The notes under the pieces are model-generated. The model had not been told where the DNA came from. It saw nothing but the letters and a program-made list of their open reading frames with translations, and ran no database searches. The translations under genes and the position numbers were made by a program. This document shows positions 26,277 to 40,312 of a DNA stretch of 64,000 nt, piece after piece. Position 1 is the stretch's first letter, and the number at the start of each line of letters is the position of its first letter. The DNA is taken from the NCBI GenBank assembly GCA_964057225.1, contig OZ059894.1, forward strand, positions 17,670,001-17,734,000. Reading direction: 5' to 3'. Source of the stretch: Auanema rhodensis (taxonomy: Eukaryota; Animalia; Nematoda).

Positions 26277-29200
26277 GACTTGAATATGTTACCCAGAGTG
26301 AGGTGGGAGGGAAACATATAGAGAAAGGGAAAGAGGGAGGGAAGAAAACGGCAGGGAGATATGGGTGGAGAGGGTATGGAGAGAGAGAGGGGGGGGAGAA
26401 AAAGACGGGGGGAGAGATGTATCAGTCGTTCAGCAGTGAAGGCTCAGCCTATTGATTGCAGACATGCCTGCCTCCTAATGGTCGTACTCCGTTTTCTCTG
26501 TCTCTCTTCAACTTTCTCTTTCTCTGTCTCTTACTCTCTTTCCCTCTCATTGGATTAGTTGGTCGTCCTGTAGAAACAGAGAAAAATACTGACTGCATTC
26601 TACAAAGGCATGGATATTAAAAAAGTAAGCGAGAGAGTGAGAGTTATTTAATTCTAATAAGAACTTCTGTTATGCTTTTACTAACTTGCTTGCCAGATGG
26701 TTGACGCTGCTGACAGGCCCAAATTTGTCTTGTTCTTTCTAACTATTGTGATTTTGCTGCTTTCTTCACTGATATCTCAATCTTCTTAGTCGTGTTTCGC
26801 GTTATCTCCGTAGTCCTTGTGGGAAAGATGGCGTTGAGAAGCTACCTTCTAAGTCTTCGCGTGGTTTAAAGATTGCAACATGCTGTCATTCAATATCATT
26901 GAATCAGCAATCGATTTCTTCTTTTTCTTCTTCATTTCTTCTAATTTTACTTCACTGATTATTTCACTAGAAAAGATTATTGACTTTATATTAGAAAATA
27001 ATATTTTTTTCTATTTGAACATACCTAAAACTCTAGAAATTAGACAAAAGATTTGCTAAAGTTTTTTCAACCAATCCAATTGTATACAGTCCGTCCTATT
27101 TCGGACAGCCAAACACATTTCTCCCTCCATTGTTGAAAGTAAAATAATGTGGCATAATATATCGTTTATATTTACGTTCTGTATTTATTTATTTTGTATT
27201 TAACAATAATTTCAATTATCAACATTCCTTATTTATTTTATTTTTCAACTATTTTAACTTTATTATATATTTCCTACATGTAACAATATGAATTGTCAAA
27301 AATTGCTTTTCCTACTTTGTTCCTCTGTCTCTCTTCGTTTTCTCGTTTAATTCGTTTTTAATTCTCTTTCTGCCAAAATATATTTCCATTTTCATATTCC
27401 AAAAATGTATTTGTTGACCCACTTTCGATTCTTTTAATGTTTTATACAATTCCTTATCATTTGCTAAATGATGATCGTTGCTTCTAAATATTTTTATTTT
27501 ACAGTTTGCTTTTTTCCTCTTCTCTACCAATATTTCATTATCGTTCTAGTCATCTTATTTTGGAATATTTTTTCTTAAACCTTTTCTCTATCTTTCTCTT
27601 TAAAACAATTCGTCGATGTTACTATATTTCAACAATTATCCTATTTTTCTTTTTTAATTAATATACAATAGCAGTCCACCCCACTATCGGTCTCTCTTTC
27701 CTTCTCTCCCACTCTCTCTCTCTTTTTATTTCTCTCTGCAGTTTTGTTGCTCATATAATATATTTCTATTTTATTTAAATTTCGTACATGTGTTATCAAC
27801 ATCTGTACGAATCTTTTTTCAAAAGTTCAATACTATTTTAAGTTTAATTCCAAAGATCGACTAAATAAAATCGCACTTTGTTGACTTTAACGGTCAATCA
27901 ACATACCGAATATAGTATTTATCTGACATATCTGTTCAATAATCCACATGTTTCCATTTGTATTACTATACTGATCAAGATCAATGTTTTCTTCTTAATT
28001 AACAAACATTACGTATTTTGCGTACATCATCTAAGCTTCACATAATGTATTCTTCTGATTATAACAAGCTGCTGTATTATATCGTTATCCATTCAAAAAA
28101 GCCTAATATTTATTTGATTTCCGTCTTTACTAGTTAATTCGGATTAGTCATGTTTTTCTCACCATTGAAAACAGGTATTATGTTTTTTGATCTAATACTA
28201 TTCGAGATTTTTATAATGGGAACATTAGCCAAACATCAAATAATTTTAAAGATAGGTAGAGGGAAAAGAAAGGTTTGATATAGAGCACAGCTGCTTAATG
28301 ACAAAGCTCAATTGATTTCCCCAACCTTGCTCTTTTACTCGATCATTCATACCATTCTCTGTTTTCACCAAAATGTTATTAATTGCATCGTATTTGATAC
28401 ATATACATACATATATATACATATCCTCATGTGAAGGATCTCGGATTTTCTATACTTCTGTATTTGTTTTTTCAATATTAGTTCACCACAGTTATTTGTG
28501 AGCACATGTGCTTTTTCGCTGAGATTGTTTGTTAATCCTTTCATTTCTTTCGTTTCTTTTGCTCGTTTTCTTTTCAACCTCGTTCGTTTTCTTAAAGAAT
28601 TTAGAAGTTGTCGAGGATGTCAATGAACCGTTGGCAGATATCCTCTTCGACTTAAAAGATATCTGGCAGAACATATTTTTACGTAAATTTGAGATGAACT
28701 TTTTATTTTTTGGAACTAAACTGTATGAATCAGATAATAGGATTAATATTTAAACGTTATTCTTCCCAGAACGACAATATGATTTGTAATATTCTTGGGC
28801 TCGTGAAGCTAGTTGTTGAATACTGTTTCGTTTTCACTGGTTCCTACATTGTTTTAAATATCAATCCGTAATATAATTTCTCTCCCTTCCATTTATTTTG
28901 GTTAGATTTACTTGTTTATCCATTTTATTCGCATTGATTATGTTTGAACGTACCCATATGTTTATAAGCTCGCGTGAATATCGTGCGAACTCTGTTGCTG
29001 ACGTCGAGCGTTCACGTTTTCGTCCCCGTATGCATTTTAATTAAAGTTAATCTTGCGAACGGTTGTGTATAATTCGTCCCTACTAACTTTCTCAAAATAT
29101 TATTTTATTATCATCTTCGTTTTTTTCTGCGTTACATTTTTTTCTGATAATGTTTTTATGTTTCAACTCACAAAGAGTCTTTCTGTTGTTCGGGGGGTTT

Positions 29201-30704
29201 TGTTTTTTCCGGCATTCCATTCTCTCGACTTCTTTGTATACGCTTTATTCCCATCTTACAAGCTTTCTATTTCTTCACACATCTTCTCTTTTGGTTCTCT
29301 TTATTTCTTTTTAGCCATCTATTTAGTTCTCAAATCCTTTTTCTACTAAAGTGATTGTTTTTATTAAATTTTTACTGTCTTTTCCGTTTAATTACTCTTA
29401 GTTAAGCTTTCCGGTTTTGCTCTGGGTTTAACTTACAGTTTTCAAACGTTTCACCGATCCTTTCTTTCCGGACGCTACCCTAAATTTATCAAAACTTTTG
29501 TATTTTTATAGAAAAATGGCATTTCCCCCACCTTCCTATCTGACTGAAATTCCTATCATATAATTCATCTGCCACAAAATCCTATACTTTGAAATCTCCA
29601 ATTGTTCTAGAGATGTTATTTTCTTCGCACTCACTAATTCATGTTACTAACAATATATTTTACCTGAGGTATCCAGATTAGCTTCCAAGTGTTGTTTCAT
29701 TGAACAGGCATGCTCTGGCATCCTGGATAAAACGAACACAGGGATACACTACTTGAGCTCTCCATCATTTAACATCTGGTGCATATGCTTCACCAGATTC
29801 GTTTAAACTCCTTTTTACACTTTTTATATTTATGTGTAGCTTGTCCCTCTTCACATATATATTCTCTCTTTAATCAAGCAATAATTCATATACTAGAATA
29901 TAGATAATGATCTTTTATTATACGTTCATGATCTTTCTTTTAGATTAAACGAAAGGTTCTCGTTCTTGTGCATTTTACTTCACATGTGAACATTCTTCAT
30001 AAAGTCACTTTTGTAACTACACAATACATCCTTTCTATCCCAAGCCTCTTCGAATTTTGTTAAAATGATCTCCTATATAACGACTCACGTTTTCTAAACC
30101 AAAACGAAAAGTCTTTATTTATGAGAATTCTAGCATATTCCCAACATCAATAGCTCATGTATACTCACTAGTGTATTTTTGTATATCTATTATTCCATAT
30201 TTCTGCATTTTACATTATTGTTAACATTTTCAAACTATTTTATGGCTTTATGACTGTACATATTATAAAATTTCTGAGACTAATACTATGTTATTGCTGA
30301 AATGGTACGTGGAATTTGGCATACTAGACCTTATCATGTCAACCATTGTCTTATCAATTTGTGTCGCTTTTCTTCGGTAGCTAATCCTTTTAAATCATAC
30401 TAATCTTATATATATATTCGTCTATTTTCTCTCCCAATTAATCATTGTTTGAATTTATGATCAATAGATTCGACTTTAAGCTGGTAACATCGTGCTTCTG
30501 TCTGCACTCTCCTCCGTTCCACGCTTATTGAAGTTGCAAACTATTAATTGTAGAACTATCTCAATTTTTGAATCGTTCCATCTTTGTTTCATTCGATAGA
30601 TGCTTTAATTTTACATTATTTTCAGTGCCGGAATAGGGCAATGTTATAGATCGTTTGATAGAGACGGATTGATTAACTGAAATTCCTTTATAAGGCGCGG
30701 CCCA

Positions 30705-33700
30705 ATGGCCAAGGAGTTTACATTCAACTGGCGTCCTAACATTCATCCTCTTTTATTAGAGGGATCCTTGTTTGATAGGCTCGAAGATGTGGTTTGTTTC
30801 ATAAGTTTCATTATATATCGTATATTTTCTTTCAATAGGAACTCCAAAACGAAGCAAAAAATCTTGTTAGAGTTGACGAATTTGGATTTTTCATTCAAAT
30901 TTTGATAGATGGTCGCGATGCAGTTGTCATTGATATGTCCCAGGTATGTTCAAAACAAAGTAATTGTATTCATCAAGTATATGATTCAGGTATGGGAAGC
31001 AAGGCGGTACGGTAGTCCGGCAACATGGAAGGCGGAAACAGATCCATCACCTAGAACGACTAAAGAAAATTTTGAAGAACGTATTGTTTGGATTACTTAC
31101 GGCGAGGATATAGTTAACGTGAAAAGCGTATGTCTAATAGCTGATACTATGGAAATATCTAGGGTATGTATTATAAGTTATCTTTAACACCTTTTCTATT
31201 CATGAATTTTAGACTTGGCGCCACGCGCTTAATGATATTTTGAGACAAGCAAAAGCTCGACATGTTTGTCCAACAACAAATTTTCTGAAATAGTACGTTT
31301 TCCTATTATTTTCTAACGATAATGATGGCTAGAAATTTGCTATTTGTTCACAATACAGCAAGTCGTCAATACATTGGTGTCTTTCGTGAACTGCATGCTA
31401 GTTCATTTATGAATTTGTAAATATACTGATCGGTTGCATACTGCATACTGCTCATATAGTAGTCGTGAATGTTTTATCTGTTTATTCAACTGATATTCAT
31501 TCAAAGTACTAACGATATATTCTTTCAAGCTGCTTTTAACAGATTATGCTCAATATTTAGGAAAATTATAACTGAATTTTATTTTCAGTTGGAAATGGCT
31601 CACCTTAAGTGTATCAGATCGAAGGAAGATTCCAACGAAACATCTAATCAAAACGTTTTCTTCTGGAAAATCCGAAAAGATGGTCCAAAAGTGCCTTGCT
31701 GATCTTGGTTTAGGAGGAGAAAAAGTATGTTTTAATTTGATATTGGTTTGTATGCTTGTGATGCGTTGTGTGGATTTTTTTCGGATGCTGTGTAGTTATC
31801 ACGAATACTCTTTTCGTGATTTTGTGCATGGTTATACATTATTCTAATGCTGTATGCATGTGTTGTGATATATTTTATCCAAACAGACGTTCGAGAAGAA
31901 ATTGAAGGATTTATTTTTGAATGTTGTAAATCTGTTGTGATTGTGTGTTTATAGTATTCAGTACCACGGGTAATCAATCGTTCAATGGGAAGGAAACTAC
32001 GTAATTTCTACAAATGCAGAAGTCGTCGGAAGCGAAAGGTGGTTTTGTTGTAGCATGTAAATGATCGCATTAGCTTTGTAATGATTCTTTTGATCGTTTT
32101 TAAAAGAATTGAAAACTTTCCTCCAATTTTGTGACAATTTTTTCATTCAAGAGTTATGTATACATGACACTTGTAATATATTATGTTTCTTCTGTTCTAA
32201 TATACTTATAATGTATTGTTATGATTTAGGATAAGGAGGAAATTGATGTTGAAACACTCACATTCGACAGATTCCAACGCCTATTATACAAGATCTGTCC
32301 TCGAAATGATGTTCAAGAGTTATTCGTTAAATTGTAAGATTTCCTTTTTTTCCCTTCATATAACTATATTCTTTAAAGATCTGGACAAAAAGAGTTTCTA
32401 ACTACTGAACGATTAGTTGTATTTCTTAATGAAGAACAACGTGATCCTCGGCTTAATGAAATTTTATTTCCTTTCTACGATAATGCAAAAACTCAGGCTT
32501 TGGTCAATAAATATGAAACAGATTCAAATTATCTTGAATCAGGTATTATATAAGGAAGTATTTTGTTTAAAAATAGTTAAATTACAGGCAAAATGTCTGG
32601 TGAAGCTTTCTTAAAATACTTGATGTCTGATGAGAATTCTGTTGTTTTTCTTGATCGCGTTGATCTTTTCCAAGATATGGATCATCCTTTATGTCACTAT
32701 TATATTAACAGGTTTTCAACTGTTACAACATTGTTTTTCTTATACTTTTTTTCAGTTCCCATAATACTTATCTGACGGGTAGACAGTATGGTGGTAAATC
32801 TTCTTCCGATATTTATAGACAGGTCTTTCCTGTACATACGATAATCGTTTAAATCATATTTCTTATAGGTTTTGCTATCTGGATGTCGTTGTATTGAATT
32901 AGATTGCTGGGATGGTACTGGCGACAATAAAGGAGAGCCTATCATAACCCATGGAAAAGCTATGTGCACTGATGTGTTTTTCAAGGTTTCATTTCGAAAA
33001 CGTATTCTTCATAACTTTAGTAATTTAGGATGTTTTATATCAAATTCGTGATACCGCATTTGCTAGATCCGATTACCCTGTAATTTTGTCGTTTGAAAAT
33101 CATTGTTCCAAATCAAATCAATTGAAAATGGCACGATACTGCATGGATATATTTGGTGATATGCTGTTAGCTAAGCCATTCGATGAATTTCCGGTTTGAA
33201 TAGTTACTTTATTTTTTTAATTACTGTTTTTTACAGCTTGAACCTGGCGCTCCTTTGCCTTCACCTAACCGTTTAAAACGGAAAATTTTAATAAAGAATA
33301 AAAGATTAAAACCTGAGATAGAAAAGCATCAACTGGAACAATTTCTTCGTGAAGGAAAACTGGATGAAGAAGACGAATTTCAAGAAACCCCTGAAGTTGT
33401 TGGGGAAGATGTAGTTATGCCACGTAAGTATTTTTTATTTTTTGTCCCTGTGTCCTCTAATCCAGACGATTTTTGGTTTAGTTGTTTTCATTGGCTTGTA
33501 TTTTCGAAGCATTGCTTTTTTTATTTTGATTCAAGCAAATTGCCTGTTTAACCGTTAATTTAGCTTCCGAATCTTGATTAACATTTTTTGCTGATTTTTA
33601 TTCACAGTTTGAGATAATGCACCTTTCCGCGTGTTTGAACTTTCGCAACTCCTTTTCTAGAATTGTCTTTTCAATATTTATCAACTGGAATGGTGCATGC

Positions 33701-36700
33701 GTCTCCAACATTTTTGCTAATGATCTAATCCACCACTTACTCTTTTACCAAATTTATCACCCAGTACTAACCTAGTGTAACTAACCTGTCAAAATTCGTG
33801 GACAGAGGGTGTGGTACTTGGCCCTGGCCTTTACCATACATGCTAGCTTCTTTATAGCCGACGACGACATTTCGGATGAAGACGATCCGTCCGTACAATC
33901 ATCAGACAATGTTATCCGAGGGCCACCAATTGAAAGCACACCTTTGCTATCTCCATCTGATCGAATCCAGAAGCTGTCCTTCCGATCGCCAAAGTTTTCG
34001 TTACGAGGAATCTCAACAAAACGACGGCAATCACCCATAGGTCTGTCCCTAGCTGGTTGATCAAAAAGCCTGAAATAGGGCTTATCGTAATTAATTTCCG
34101 CTTGAAATTTGTTATCGTCACCGTTTTGCTGTGCTTCTGTTCTGTCCTATGTGCATGATTGAGTATCCTATTATTTCATCTATCTTCCCTTCATATACAC
34201 ATATACATGAGTATATTTCTGACTATCTATCTGTTTATCGTTGTGCTTACTTTTCAGTTGGAGATCAACGTGCTCATCCAGAAGACGTTGCCGGGGTACC
34301 GCCCGTTCCAGCAAAAACCGGTAAGACTGTACGCTTCTATTCTTTTCCTTACCTTTCTATAATTTCCTTACCACGTACATATATGGATGAGGCGCAACTC
34401 AGCAATATTCTCTTAGTAGGAATCGAGCATGATAATATCCTGGAACTATGTTTTCCAAATTTTATTTTTCTTGAAGCATGAATCAAACAGTCTGAAGTGT
34501 TTAACAACACATACATATTTTCTGTTTACATTCCCGAATGCATTGTGTTCCTATCAAGCTGTTTTGTGCCATTAATTGTATTTAATTACTTCAATAACTT
34601 ATTCTTTCCAGGAGAACCTTCGAAAGAAAACGATGAAGCTCATCCGGAACTTCAGAAGACCAACTTCATTTCGAAAAACCTTAAATCCTTGGGATTTTCG
34701 AAAAAACAGGTGTGTTACTTGCGTTTGATGAAAAAACGATATAAAGGCATTGAGTATGTTGTGTTAGGGATTGAAAATGTAAAACAGCTTTCTGCACAAT
34801 TCTAACATATTGCACAGAATTTTTGCTAACCTATGATAATCATATCATATGTATATTGGATGTTCAAATTGAATCTAACTCTGAAATCTAAACAGGAACT
34901 GGTTGCTTTTGAACGAGGAGGGGCTGATAAACGATCTTTTCGTCGTACAGCTAAAGAAGATCATTCCGATTCTGCAGCTCTACTTGATCTGCCCCGTACA
35001 ACTTCTACAAAGGGCAAGAAGAAGGCCCGTATTAACAGTATTATTCATCATACTGGCTATTTCATTAGAGGAGTTCCGTGGTTCATCATGGCCAAATTTG
35101 CCAATGATGCTATAAACTCATACTGAAATGCTCTAATGAAATAGCACAGAAATATTATTTTTGGTTTATCTTTTTTGATTAATTTGCTCGGGCTCCGCTA
35201 TAAGCACGTTCAATCTGCACGGCCTACGCACTTTCGCCAATCCGTTTCTTTTTTCCCGCAAACGTTTCCCCCCTTTTTGATTAACTTATCCTTCATATAT
35301 TAATTTAGTTATCTTGTTGCGTTGCACGACCCGCCTTAGCATTTTCATTTTGAAGCTTATGCTTGCTTTTGTTGAACATCATGAAAATATTTATTTTTAG
35401 GCTGTTTTAACTAAAGAAGAAGAAGAACGCATCTTTGCTGAATATCACTACACTGGAGCAACAACTAATATTCATCCTTTACTTTCTTCTCTTATCAATT
35501 ATACTCATCCTGTAAAATTCAGTGGTTTTGATGTAGCAGACAGTATGTTTGACTCCTTTGTTCTTAATTGACTTTCATTTTAGATAATAATTTACATTTC
35601 CACATGTCATCCTTTTCCGAATCCACTGGATTAGGTTACCTGAAAGCATCTGCTCCAGAGTTTGTGAATTACAACAAAAGACAATTGAGTCGTATCTATC
35701 CCAAAGGAGCTCGTGTTGATTCTAGTAATTTTTTGCCACAGGTATCAAAGAAACATAAAGATTCTCCAGTTTCTTTTACTTTTTTTAGATTTTCTGGAAT
35801 GCTGGCTGTCAAATGGTATCATTGAATTATCAAACTCCTGATATCTATATGCAACTAAATATGGGAAAATTCGAGTACAACGGTGGATCAGGATATTTAT
35901 TAAAGCCTGACTTCATGAGACGGCCTGATAGAACTTTTGATCCATTCTCTGAATCTCCTGTTGATGGTGTTATTGCTGCTCATTGTAGTGTTAGAGTAAG
36001 GTTATTGTTTTTTATTCGAGTATACGCAAGTTATTAAGGTTATCGGAGCACAATTTCTTACTGAAAGGAAAATTGGCACATATGTTGAAGTTGAAATGTA
36101 TGGATTACCCACTGATACGATTAGAAAGGAACATAAAACTAAAGTAGTAGCTGGAAATGGTCTAAACCCCGTATACAACGAAGATCCTTTTGTCTTTAGA
36201 AAAGTATTTTTTTTTCTATTCAGTTCGTTGTTAAAATATTCATATTTAGGTGGTTCTGCCAGAATTAGCTGTTCTAAGATTTGCTGCTTTTGACGAAAAT
36301 GGAAAACAACTAGGTCAGCGTATTTTACCTTTGGATGGATTACAAGCCGGCTTCCGACATATTTCACTTCGAAATGAAACTAATCAGGTTATTTTGAATA
36401 ATTGTTATCAATAAATTTTAAATTTTAGTCAACTATGCTTGTTCCGACTATATTTGTTCATATTGTTCTGAAAACGTACGTGCCCGATGAATTAAGTGGT
36501 ATGTTTTTCTTCAGTTTTTTCTCGACATTAAATGTGTTTCACAGGTCTTGTCGATGCTCTTGCCGACCCACGAGCTTATTTGTCCGAGCAGAAGAAGAGA
36601 GAAGAAGCTTTGGCTAATATGGGCGTTGATGATAACGATATAGCTGAAGTGCCTATCACTAAGCCTAAAACAAAGCTTCTGCAAAAATCGAATGGATCTG

Positions 36701-38828
36701 CAGCCAATCTCTTAAATGAGTATGACTTGATTTTCTTTCTCTTTAAAATTTTCTCTTTCAGTAAGGAAAATCCACCCGTATCAGCTAGATCGGAGCCGGC
36801 AGGTCCTTCGATGCCAATGAAAACATATGCTGAGCCTGGATTAGACAAGTTCAAGGTTCACATTTAAGAAAACCTTTTTCAAATATTTTGAAATTAAAAA
36901 ATAGGGAACTTCCATATCTGCTTCATTAAAACGTACTCTTCAAAGAAATCGGGGAGGAAGTGGTGCTTTATCTGCACCTCCTCCCATGAGCCGAGAAGCA
37001 AATGCTTCAGTTAGAAGAAAAGATGATAAACTTCAGGTTATAAGCCTGCTTTCCATTTAACTTTTTTGTAAACCTGCTTGAAATCATTTTCAATCAAAAC
37101 TATCCGCGCATGTACCATTTTTGATAATGAACAGCAAGCCTTGTAATTTTTTGAAGCTCCCCTACGTTACAACTTTTAGGTTGATCCTATCGAAATTGAA
37201 GATCTGAGGAAAGACAAGCAGTTTGCTAAGCTACAGAAGAAAATTCAGAAAGATGAGGAAGATTTAAAGAAGAAACATCAGAAGCAGAGAGATTCCATTC
37301 AAAAACAGCAGGTATTTCTTTTTTATATTCCTAAAAATGTTTCTCAAACTTGAAATATGTGGGGTGATAGAAAAATTATATACTGCAGCCACGACGAGCT
37401 TCAATAGTCTGGATTGTGAGTTTTCAAAGCAAATATCTTGGCTTAATACCGTGTCATTGTTTATACTAAAAGTAGTTGCATGATTTTGTGTCCCAATCGA
37501 TAAGATAAGTTAACAACAATCAAACGTTTTATAGAATAAGATGACTTTTTTAAAAACCATAAGAAAGCCAGCTCTACTAAAACTTTTTTTTATATTTGCT
37601 AATTCTACTACCGTTCATATCCGAATGAAAAAACAATTGTTTGTTGATATCATTACACTCGGAGTATAAAATACGAGAACTGTATACTCATTCGAATGCA
37701 GAGGAATATTTAAAGCATATTTATAGTAAGGACCTGAAGTATTCAAAATATAATCGTTCGGGTCACAAACTCATGCAACCACGCAATACTAAAATATTGT
37801 GAAGATAATGGTTTAAATACTCATTTAAAAAGCTTTTAAACAAACTTATGCCATTACATAATACTAAAATGTGTAATAATAATGGTTTTTGTCATATTTT
37901 TTTTAAAAACATTGTTTCTAGCCAAAGTTTTTGTCTATTATTTTAATTGCCAAAGTGTGCCTTTATGTGACAATCTGTAGTGAGCTTTTGTGAAATCTTT
38001 TCCACATAAGTTTTTTTAAGCAAACAAATGTGGATAAGTTAATAACACATAACCGACGGTCAACAAAAAAAGATAAAGGATCCAGAAAGTCTGTGTCTGA
38101 AAGAGGAGGAGGTGATGGTGGTACTAGTTCTGATATTGCTACAAATGATAAAGTATGTTTTTATTAACAGTATAGTTAAAATAAATAATTTTACAGGTTC
38201 GTTCGCTAGTTAATAGTCAAACTGATGAATGGTCTGCCATGATTAAAAAGCATGAAGTAGAGGAGTTTGAAATGAGGAAATCTCATGTAAAAGAGCAATA
38301 CGATTTGCTAAAGTATGTAGTTTGTAAAATTTTTGATTATTTTATTGAATTTTCTCAGGAAATTGCTGAGTGATGCACAAAAAGCTCAAATGCAGGCACT
38401 AAAGTTACGATTGGAAGCTGAAACAAAGGAGCTGAAGCAGAATCAGACCAAAAAAAGTATTGAAGACGCAAGAGTAATTCAAATGGTAAGGTTTAATACT
38501 TTTTGATTTTTTTTCAATTAACGTCATACAGGATAAGAGTATAAAAACAAAAGCTGAACGAGATCGACGAGTGAAAGAACAAAATGATAAGAATTTGAAA
38601 ATGTTTGTAGAAGAACGAAGACGTCTTGCCATGAAGTAAGAGATTTAAATAACATTTTTAACACACACGTTGATGATTTACAGAGCTGAAAAGCATGAAG
38701 AACAATTAGCTAAACGTCATAGCGATCAAGCTGATCAATTAGAACGGGAGTTTGATCGGGCAAAGGAGCAAGAAGAAGCTTTGTTCCGAGAAGATCAACT
38801 AGCGTCGCAGCCATCTTCTGTTGTTTGA
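30705..38828 (+). CDS. egl-8: Phospholipase C beta (EGL-8), multi-exon with alternative cassette exons
   Basis: MAKEFTFNW start, PH/EF region, X box ([26 protein letters not shown]), Y box ([17 protein letters not shown]), C2 domain, C-terminal coiled coil, ends SSVV-TGA. Confidence 0.97.
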
Positions 38829-39696
38829 ATGGGTTTTTATTTATGTAAACAGTCATTGTTGCCAGAAATCCTTCTATGCCAAGTTTGATAGTTCCGACTT
38901 GAAAAAAGCTATTTTGACCGCCTTCTTAAAAAACTAAAGCCACATTAAAAGTCTGTGATTTAGAAGACATTCGTTGCTCACCTATATGGTCTCTTCTTAA
39001 TTTATTTTTTCTTTTTGTTATTTGTATTTCAGAAAAAAACTATGAATATGTTTTGTGATACCTTCAGATAAAATAACAAAATTCTAGATTGACTAACCTT
39101 TATGCTTGTATATGAGACATACTTTATAATAACTTCATTTTACTACTCGTATTAAAGCCCCCCCCAACCCCCTGAAATACAACCAAATATTTTACAGCCT
39201 CTAATATACCCCATCCTCTAGAGACTTAGTTTGTATTATTTGATATTCTCCGGTGTATATTAAATTCCTTTGTATTTATAATTTTCATTCCCCATTCTCT
39301 TCTAATAATCACTTGATAGAGGAAAATAGATCATCTCAGTTAATCATTCCCTATTAGATCAACGATCTACTTAAACTCCTCAAAGTTTCGTAGGAATTAT
39401 TTTGTAATCAGGTATCTTTTTTTTGCAACAGAGATTTTATTTGTTTCATAACACGGTTCTTATTTTTGTATAGATTTAAATATATTCTATATTGACCCGT
39501 TGTCGCATTTGTATAAAAAGCATCATTCGATCTATAATACGGAATTTTCAAATGCAAACTATAAATAATGAAAACACATCTCTATTGGTTTCGATGGGAT
39601 CAACAAAGTTTTCATATTTTTCACTTTTTTTAATACAAGGCAAAACCAAAATTAAAAATTGGTGAAGAGAAGCAATTTGAGCAGATATTTCAACAA

Positions 39697-40083
39697 TCAT
39701 GCAAAGCCTACCCTTGAGCATCCATCTTTCGTGCATTCAAAGCCTGGAGGACAGCAGAAATCCGTATCAGGGCAACAAATTCCTGATGGGAACGGACAAC
39801 ATCCTAAACTTGATTAACACTATATATTCACACCCTTTTCAACATCATATACCGTGTTCTCCATTGGCAAAGACACAGCAAGTCGCATAATTAGGACAAG
39901 CAAACATATCTTTTGGATCACAAAGATTAGGAGCGTCTTCTATCTGAACTGCATATTGAATGTCTAAAAGGAAAAATTACCCTTATATCTAATTAATATT
40001 AAAAAAATAGAAAAACTTTATGAGAACAATCATTATCTTAAAAAACTTTACTCACAGAGGAATAGACAAATCAGAATTTTCAT
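39697..40083 (-). CDS. Small secreted single-granulin-domain protein (~69 aa, 3 exons)
   Basis: MKILICLFL|YIQYAVQIEDAPNLCDPKDMFACPNYATCCVFANGEH|GCCPFPSGICCPDTDFCCPPGFECTKDGCSRVGFA; full 12-Cys granulin pattern C-C-CC-CC-CC-CC-C-C; exact 3' end slightly uncertain. Confidence 0.88.
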
Positions 40084-40312
40084 CCGACAATTAGTAGTTG
40101 ACCGAATAAATCAATATACTTATATGGCAGCTGATAAATATTGAACAGAAGGAATTAATTTTCTTATCATTTAAGGATTATTAAGAGAAAATAGGAATAA
40201 TAGACAATCAGAAGACCACAATCCGACTAGCAATACTATCTTCTTTTTTTTTACTTATAGAAAATTAAGTAGTTTTATAAAAATATTTGAAATTTTGTAA
40301 ACATTTGTAGTT

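Noticed and set aside
28529-28753. Protein-like stretch LEVVEDVNEPLADILFDLKDIWQN upstream of egl-8
   Set aside because: Could not be spliced in frame to the egl-8 start; no other support
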